The translations under genes and the position numbers were made by a program. A stretch of 64,000 nucleotides of DNA. Source: an uncultured Actinomycetes bacterium. GTDB lineage: Bacteria; Actinomycetota; Thermoleophilia; UBA2241. Positions 58,424 to 64,000 of this stretch are shown one piece after another. The DNA lies in the NCBI GenBank assembly GCA_963709345.1, contig CAVPVX010000010.1, positions 128,001-192,000 of the forward strand, given 5' to 3'. Numbering within the stretch: the first letter of the stretch is position 1; each line of letters begins with the position of its first letter. Under the pieces are notes generated by a model that worked only from the letters and a program-made list of their open reading frames with translations, searched no databases and was not told the origin of the DNA.

Positions 58424-60854
58424 GGTCGTCACCTCCTCCGGAGGGGCCGGCGGGGGCGCCCGCGAGGGCGCCGGCTCCGGCGCCGATCAGTCCCATCTCG
58501 TGCTCGACCAAATCCGGCGAGAGGTCGCCGCCGACCGCCTTTGCATGGAACAGGCGGATGCGCCGGCCGACGCTCCTGCGGTCGACGGCGCACAGGTGCC
58601 ACAGCTCGAGCGGCATGGGCACGCCGCCCTCGGCCAGCACCTCCTCCGCGATCTGCATCTGTTCGAGCGCGCTCGCGTCGCCGCTGCGGTACTGGCAGCG
58701 GCCTTCGGCGCAGCCGGCGAGAAAGGCGCCGGCGGCGCCCAGACGAGCCGCCTCCACGATGTGCAGCGCGCTGACGCGTCCGAGGCAGGGCAGCTCGATG
58801 AGTCGCACGCCCTCGGGGTACGTGTCCCGGCGCTGCCCGCTCAGGCTGATGGCCGCTCCGGCGCATTCCCTGCAGTAGAAGCCGACGACGGGCCGATCCA
58901 CGCCCTCCGTCATGGTCGCGATGCGGCCGAAGAGGGCGTCGTCGCTCAGGTTGTGCGCGATCGCCACTTCGGGGCAGTTGGCCGCGCAGATACCGCAGGC
59001 ACGGCACGTCTCGGTATCGATCACGGCGAGCTTGCCGTCCTCCTTCACGGAGTCGGGCCGCGGTGTGCCGGCGGGCCGGTCGACCAGCGTGATGGCGCCG
59101 AACGGACACATGTCCACGCAGGTGTCGCAGCCCACGCACTGGGCCGGGTCCACGCGCGATGCCGCCGTGCCGAGGCGCCCGGTCGAGGTGAGGAAGTTGT
59201 GAATCTCGCCGGCGACCGCGGAAGCCTCGGTGTTCACCTCGATCAGCGCCTTAGGCCCGGCGGCGGAGCCGCAGACGAAGATGCCCTCGCCGCTCGTCTC
59301 CGTGGCCCGGTTCTTGCGGTCGAGGATCTCGACGAACCCATCCACATCGCGGTCGACGGCGAGCGTCCCCGTCAGCTCCTCGGCGCCGGCGGACGGGACC
59401 ATGCCGGTGCTGAGGACGACGAGGTCCGGCCGAAGCACGCGCTTGCGCGCCGCCGTGACGTCCTCGACCTCGACGACTGGCCGTCCGGCCGCGTCGAACT
59501 GCACCTCCGGCGGCGTGCCGCGAAGGAACTCCACGCCGGCGCGGCGCGCCTCGAGGAACCAGTTCTCGTAGCCCACGCCGGCGGTGCGCATCTCGAGATA
59601 GCAGATCGTGATCTTCATCTCGGGAAAGAGCGTCTTGAGGCGGATCGCGTGCTTGAGCGCGATCATGCAGCAGAGGCGCGAGCAGTGCGGCAGGTGGCGC
59701 TGGTCGCGCGAGCCCGCGCACTGGATCATGACGAGCTCCTCGACCGGCATGCGGCCCAGGGACGCCTGCGCCGCCCAATCGTCCAGCATCTCGGCCAGCT
59801 CGACCTGCGTGACGACGCCGTCGTGCCCGTAGCCCAGGTAATCGAAGCACTCGCGCGGCGCCGGCTCGCAGCCGGTGGCCGCCAGGATCGCGCCGGCATG
59901 CACGGTGGCGCGCTGCGGCGACTGCGCGAAGTCGATGGCGTCGACGGGGCACTCGGCGGCGCACCGGCCGCAGAAGGTGCAGGTCTCGAGGTCGACGGTG
60001 CGGATCACGCGTCCGTCGTAGAACTCGGTGAAGATCGCCTTCTTGCCGGGTTCCGATGCCTCGACCTCGCAGACCGTCTCGCACGTACCGCAGTTGATGC
60101 AGGCGTCGGTGACGATGTTGGGCAGCGTGCGGATGCTCACCTGGAAGTCGCCCGGGTGACCCGTCACGGATTCCACCGTGGATCGCCGGCGGATCGAGAG
60201 GCCGGGGTGGTCGATGGCGACGTTACGGTGGAAGCACTTGCGCGTGCCGGCCTGCGCGTCGGTGGTCGGCAGGCACTGGCCGCAGTCGTTGGTGGGGAAC
60301 ACGGTGCCGATGCGGGCGGCGCGGCCGCCGAGGAAGGGGCGCCGCTCCACGAGTTCGACGCGGTGTTCCATCTGGGCGAGAACGGCGGCGGCTTGCGTGC
60401 CGGCCACGCCGCCGCCGATCACCACGACCGTGTTCTCCCGCTTCGCGCAGCTCATGGTGTCGGCGGGCGCGTCGGGATACGCGAGCGACGAGTCGATGAT
60501 GCGCTCGGCCTTGCCGGTGACGGCGGCGACGTCGACGCCGTGCACCCAGCTGCAGCTCTCGCGGATGTCGGCGATCTCCAGGTGCAGGCCGCGCGCCCGG
60601 AGCTTGCCGAAGCGGCGCGCGGCGAAGTCGGGAGAGCATCCGGCGAAGACGATCTGGCGCTCGCTCCCGGTCTCCAGAGACTCGAGCAGCCTCGCCTGGC
60701 CGACCCGGCCGCACCAGTGGGTGTCGCGGATCACGTCGGCCTGCCGGCCGACGTGCGTCTCAAGCCGGTCGAAATCGATGTTGCGGAGGGTCCCGGCGCA
60801 CTCGCAAAGGAGGACGAGCGGGCGCTGCCGTCCGTTGTCGGCCGGCGCGGTCAT
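58407..60854 (-). CDS. hdrA: HdrA-like flavoprotein fused to a C-terminal MvhD domain (QmoB-like architecture)
   Basis: LCEC, IRE.CSWVH, IGGGVAG, FPTNDC, ferredoxin motifs, QCAGSRD, CSRLCC, GPK; C-terminal GFYC..C, PCLGRV, GC..G.C.Y..G. Confidence 0.88.
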   Translation of the reverse strand: MTAPADNGRQRPLVLLCECAGTLRNIDFDRLETHVGRQADVIRDTHWCGRVGQARLLESLETGSERQIVFAGCSPDFAARRFGKLRARGLHLEIADIRESCSWVHGVDVAAVTGKAERIIDSSLAYPDAPADTMSCAKRENTVVVIGGGVAGTQAAAVLAQMEHRVELVERRPFLGGRAARIGTVFPTNDCGQCLPTTDAQAGTRKCFHRNVAIDHPGLSIRRRSTVESVTGHPGDFQVSIRTLPNIVTDACINCGTCETVCEVEASEPGKKAIFTEFYDGRVIRTVDLETCTFCGRCAAECPVDAIDFAQSPQRATVHAGAILAATGCEPAPRECFDYLGYGHDGVVTQVELAEMLDDWAAQASLGRMPVEELVMIQCAGSRDQRHLPHCSRLCCMIALKHAIRLKTLFPEMKITICYLEMRTAGVGYENWFLEARRAGVEFLRGTPPEVQFDAAGRPVVEVEDVTAARKRVLRPDLVVLSTGMVPSAGAEELTGTLAVDRDVDGFVEILDRKNRATETSGEGIFVCGSAAGPKALIEVNTEASAVAGEIHNFLTSTGRLGTAASRVDPAQCVGCDTCVDMCPFGAITLVDRPAGTPRPDSVKEDGKLAVIDTETCRACGICAANCPEVAIAHNLSDDALFGRIATMTEGVDRPVVGFYCRECAGAAISLSGQRRDTYPEGVRLIELPCLGRVSALHIVEAARLGAAGAFLAGCAEGRCQYRSGDASALEQMQIAEEVLAEGGVPMPLELWHLCAVDRRSVGRRIRLFHAKAVGGDLSPDLVEHEMGLIGAGAGALAGAPAGPSGGGDDHDCGR

Positions 60855-61333
60855 GCGCTCACCGCCGCTTCGGCCGGCGGCGCGGCGGCGGCCGATCCGG
60901 CCTCGCCGGCCGTCATCCCGGCGTCTGGCGGCGCGGCGTCCGCCTTCGGCGGCCGCGCCTCGATCGCCCCTGCCGGGCAGGCGCGCGCGCAGGCGCCGCA
61001 GCCCAGACACCGCTCGGAGTCGTAGACGATGGTGCGGTAGACGGTCACCCGCTCCGGGACCTCCACGAGGCCGTCGGGAGCGTGCCGCATGAGACGCCGG
61101 AGCGCGCCGCCGAGGGCGCCTCGGCGGCTGTCGGCCGGCGCTTCGAGCAGCTGGCTCACGTCGAAGAAGTCGCCGCGCCGCGAGGCGCCCGACGGGCAGC
61201 AGGCGGCGCACTTCCCGCACCCGACGCACAACTCCTCGTGGCGGACGATCTCGCAGCCGACGCCGGTCGCGCTCGGCATGACGGAGCCGGGCACGCGGCT
61301 GAGGATCTCGTTGCCGCGACGGCTGAGCGGCAT
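60851..61333 (-). CDS. 2x[4Fe-4S] ferredoxin-like protein
   Basis: CVGCGKCAACCP and CLGCGACARACP. Translationally coupled on both sides. Confidence 0.85.
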   Translation of the reverse strand: MPLSRRGNEILSRVPGSVMPSATGVGCEIVRHEELCVGCGKCAACCPSGASRRGDFFDVSQLLEAPADSRRGALGGALRRLMRHAPDGLVEVPERVTVYRTIVYDSERCLGCGACARACPAGAIEARPPKADAAPPDAGMTAGEAGSAAAAPPAEAAVSA

Positions 61334-61890
61334 CAGGCGGCCCCCCTCGCGACTGTGGGAGCGCCGGTGTCGCCGCTGAGCGCCGTCGCCGGCTCGCCAC
61401 CGGCTGGGGCGTTGATCAGCGAGGGCGCCACCGTGGACCGCGGCAGCGGCGGCAGGCCGCCGATCACGCGGTCCATCTCGCGCACGGCGGCGACGAACTT
61501 CGGCGGCTCGCCGGCGCTCATGGTGAACATCCGGCAGCGCTCGGGCTCGACGCCGACGCTCTTGAGCAGTCGCTGCACGAACGCGACCCGGTCGACGGCG
61601 TTGAAGTTGCCCTCGCGGTAGTGACACTGGCCGAGCAGGCAGCCGGCGACCATGACGCCGTCTGCACCCTCGGCCAGAGCGCTCAGCAGGTGGAGCGGGC
61701 CGACGCGCCCCGTGCAGGGCACGAGGATCAGCCGGACGGTCGCCGGCAGCGGCGTACGGGCGTTGGCGCTGGAGTCGGCCGCCGTGTAGGCGCACTCGCG
61801 GCAGCAGAAGGCGACGATGGAGCGGCCGGCGGCGGGCCCTGCGGCCCCGCCGGCCGTGCCCGCGCCGGGTGCTCTGGTGGCGCCGGCCAT
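61333..61890 (-). CDS. mvhD: MvhD / FlpD [2Fe-2S] subunit
   Basis: IVAFCC..CAY.AAD, VPCTGRV, GADGV..AGC..G.CHY.EGN, GVEPER. Confidence 0.9.
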   Translation of the reverse strand: MAGATRAPGAGTAGGAAGPAAGRSIVAFCCRECAYTAADSSANARTPLPATVRLILVPCTGRVGPLHLLSALAEGADGVMVAGCLLGQCHYREGNFNAVDRVAFVQRLLKSVGVEPERCRMFTMSAGEPPKFVAAVREMDRVIGGLPPLPRSTVAPSLINAPAGGEPATALSGDTGAPTVARGAA

Positions 61891-64000
61891 CAGACCGTCG
61901 CCTCCGCCAGGAGCTCGGCGTCGCTGTAGCCGCCGAGCTGGATCGCCCCGGTGGGGCACTCCGCGGCGCAGATGCCGCAGCCGCGGCAGATGTTGGGATC
62001 GACCACCGAGTGGGCGTTGGCGCCCACGGTCAACGTCACCGCGAGCTGCGGGCAGGTCGTCTCGCAGACGCCGCAGCCGATGCACACCTCCGAGTCGCTC
62101 GCGGCGACCTGTGCCGGCGTGAGCACGAAGCCCGTCGAGAGCATCGCCATGGCTCTTGCCGCCGCGGCCTTGGCCTGGGCGATCGACTCGGGGATCGTCT
62201 TCGGGCCCTGCGCCGTGCCGGCGACGAACATGCCGCTGCGCTGCGTGTCCACGGGCCGCAGCTTGGGGTGGTACTCGCGGATGAAGCCGGCGGCGCCGGT
62301 CTGCAGGCCGGCGACGCGCGCGATGTCGCGCGTGCCATCGCTGGCCTCGAGACCGGCGGACAGGATGACCATGTCGTAGAAGTCCTCCTGCTTGCGGCCC
62401 GTCATCGTGTCTTCGAAGCGCACCCGGAGATCCCCGTTCTCCTCCTCCTGGACTTCGCCGAAGCGGCCGCGCACGTAGCGCACGCCACGTTCCTGCACGA
62501 GGCGGTAGTACTCCTCGTGCGCCTTGCCGGGCGCGCGCAGGTCGGTGTAGCCGATGGTCACGTCGGCGTCGGGGTAGTGCTGCTTGATCAGCGAGGAGTG
62601 GAGCGTGGCGAAGAGGCAGCAGATGGCCGAGCAGTGCTCGTTGCCGGTCGACGTGCAGTCGCGCGACCCGACGCACTGCAGCATGAGGATCCTCTTCGGG
62701 ACGGCGCCGTCCGACGGACGCACCAACTCGCCCTCCGTGGGGCCGGCGGCGGAGAGAAGGCGCGCCACCTGACTCTGGGTCAGCACGTTCTTGTGGCGCC
62801 CGTAGCCGAGGGGCGCCTTGCGCCTCGCGTCGAACTCCTGGTGGCCGGTGGCGATGATCACGGCGCCGACCGTCAGCTCCTCGAGCGTCTCGGGCTGGTC
62901 CCAGTCCACGGCGCCGGACGGGCAGGCCTGAACGCACGATCCGCAATCGCTGCACACGGCGCAGTTCAGGCAGCGCTTCGCCTCCGCGACGGCCTCCTCG
63001 GCCGTGTAGCCGCGGCTGACCTCGTTCCAGTTCGCGCAACGCTCGAGCCCGTCGACCAGCGCCATGGGGACGCGCTGGCCGATCGCGACCGCGTCGAGCT
63101 CGGCGTCGCTCGGCCGGGCGGTCTCGGCCCCTTCTTCCCACACGGGCAGCAGGCGCTCGCCGCGCAGGTGGTTGTGGATGGCGGCGGCGGCGCGGCGGCC
63201 GGCCGCCACGGCCTCGATGGCGGTGTAGAAGCCCATCGCGGCTGCGTCGCCGCCGGCGAACACGCCGGCGCGCGTCGTCATCATCGTCTCGCGGTCGACG
63301 CGTATCTGGCCGTTCTCGAGCGCCAGGCCCGGGCAGCCCCGGGCGAAGTCGTCGACCAGGGCCTGGCCGACGGCGAAGATCACCGTGTCGGCCTCGAGCG
63401 CGAACTCGGAGCCGTCGACTGGCACCGGCTGGCGGCGGCCGGACGCGTCGGGGTCGCCCAGCTCGCAGCGCTGCAGCTCGATTCCGGCGACGGACCCGTC
63501 CCGGCCGCGGATGGCCAGCGGCTGGACGAGGAACTCCACCATCAGGCCTTCTTCCCGGGCCTCTTCGACCTCGGTGACGTTGGCCGGCATCTCGACGCGG
63601 GTCCGGCGGTACACGAGCGTCACATCGGGCTCGTGGCCGGCCTGCTTCTGGAGGCGGATGGCGCTGCGCGCGGCGTCGAGCGCCACGTCGCCGCCGCCGA
63701 TCACGACGACCTTTTCGCCAAGGGCCGGCGTGCCGCCGAGGTTGAGCTCGCGGAGGAGCTCCACGGCGCGGGTCACGCCGCTCAGGTCGCCGCCGGGGAG
63801 CTCGACCGCGGCGCTCTTCTGCAAGCCGGTGGCGAGGAAGACGGCGCTGTAGTCCCGCTCCAGGAGCTCGTCGACGGTGAAGTCGGCGCCTGCCCGCTGC
63901 CCGAGCCGGAGCTCGATGCCCTTGGCGAGGATCTGCTCGACCTCGCGCTGGATCACGTCGTGCGGGAGGCGGTAGTCGGGGATGCCGGTGCGTAGCATGC
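61890..64000 (-). CDS. hdrA: Large HdrA (HdrL-type) with an embedded GltD-like NAD(P)H-binding domain; 5' end lies outside the window
   Basis: GIPDYRLP, IGGGDVALD, FAGGD, EAKRCLNC..C..C..C...CP; then IIATG, QCVGSRD, CSAICC, HPKLRPV, QGPK and a C-terminal ferredoxin. Confidence 0.9.
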   Translation of the reverse strand, partial: MLRTGIPDYRLPHDVIQREVEQILAKGIELRLGQRAGADFTVDELLERDYSAVFLATGLQKSAAVELPGGDLSGVTRAVELLRELNLGGTPALGEKVVVIGGGDVALDAARSAIRLQKQAGHEPDVTLVYRRTRVEMPANVTEVEEAREEGLMVEFLVQPLAIRGRDGSVAGIELQRCELGDPDASGRRQPVPVDGSEFALEADTVIFAVGQALVDDFARGCPGLALENGQIRVDRETMMTTRAGVFAGGDAAAMGFYTAIEAVAAGRRAAAAIHNHLRGERLLPVWEEGAETARPSDAELDAVAIGQRVPMALVDGLERCANWNEVSRGYTAEEAVAEAKRCLNCAVCSDCGSCVQACPSGAVDWDQPETLEELTVGAVIIATGHQEFDARRKAPLGYGRHKNVLTQSQVARLLSAAGPTEGELVRPSDGAVPKRILMLQCVGSRDCTSTGNEHCSAICCLFATLHSSLIKQHYPDADVTIGYTDLRAPGKAHEEYYRLVQERGVRYVRGRFGEVQEEENGDLRVRFEDTMTGRKQEDFYDMVILSAGLEASDGTRDIARVAGLQTGAAGFIREYHPKLRPVDTQRSGMFVAGTAQGPKTIPESIAQAKAAAARAMAMLSTGFVLTPAQVAASDSEVCIGCGVCETTCPQLAVTLTVGANAHSVVDPNICRGCGICAAECPTGAIQLGGYSDAELLAEATV

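Noticed and set aside
58344-61025. 893-aa plus-strand ORF (also 19967-22420, 53466-55922, 61869-63995)
   Set aside because: Each is antisense to a well-supported gene (hdrA, Mo subunit, kinase).

Overview
High-GC bacterial DNA, gene-dense, probably from an anaerobic actinobacterium (inferred from GC content and gene content only). I found no rRNA, tRNA, CRISPR array or intact transposase. Left to right the window holds: (1) an arginine-synthetase-like (ArcE) / carbamoyltransferase / carbamate kinase operon, beside a MerR-XRE-cupin regulator that is divergent from an amidinotransferase, a Na+:solute symporter and a class-III aminotransferase; (2) a vapBC pair; (3) a glycine riboswitch in front of a plant-type hydroxypyruvate reductase and a glycerate kinase; (4) a Liv-type ABC transporter with a xanthine-dehydrogenase-family Mo enzyme, whose FAD subunit has a whole GltD/NfnB-like module inserted in its Fe-S loop (five +1 frameshifts cluster at 18.3-20.5 kb); (5) assorted housekeeping, envelope and signalling genes; (6) remnants of an ASCH and a type I HsdR gene; (7) a GT-C / GT2 / DUF2064-radical SAM-SPASM / DoxX / MoaD cluster; (8) an Hdr/MvhD electron-bifurcation cluster running off the right edge. 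The strongest candidate for an undescribed system is an ornithine-cycling pathway that would make ATP from imported guanidino compounds (amidinotransferase feeding ArcE-ArcB-ArcC). All family calls come from motif recognition, not database searches.
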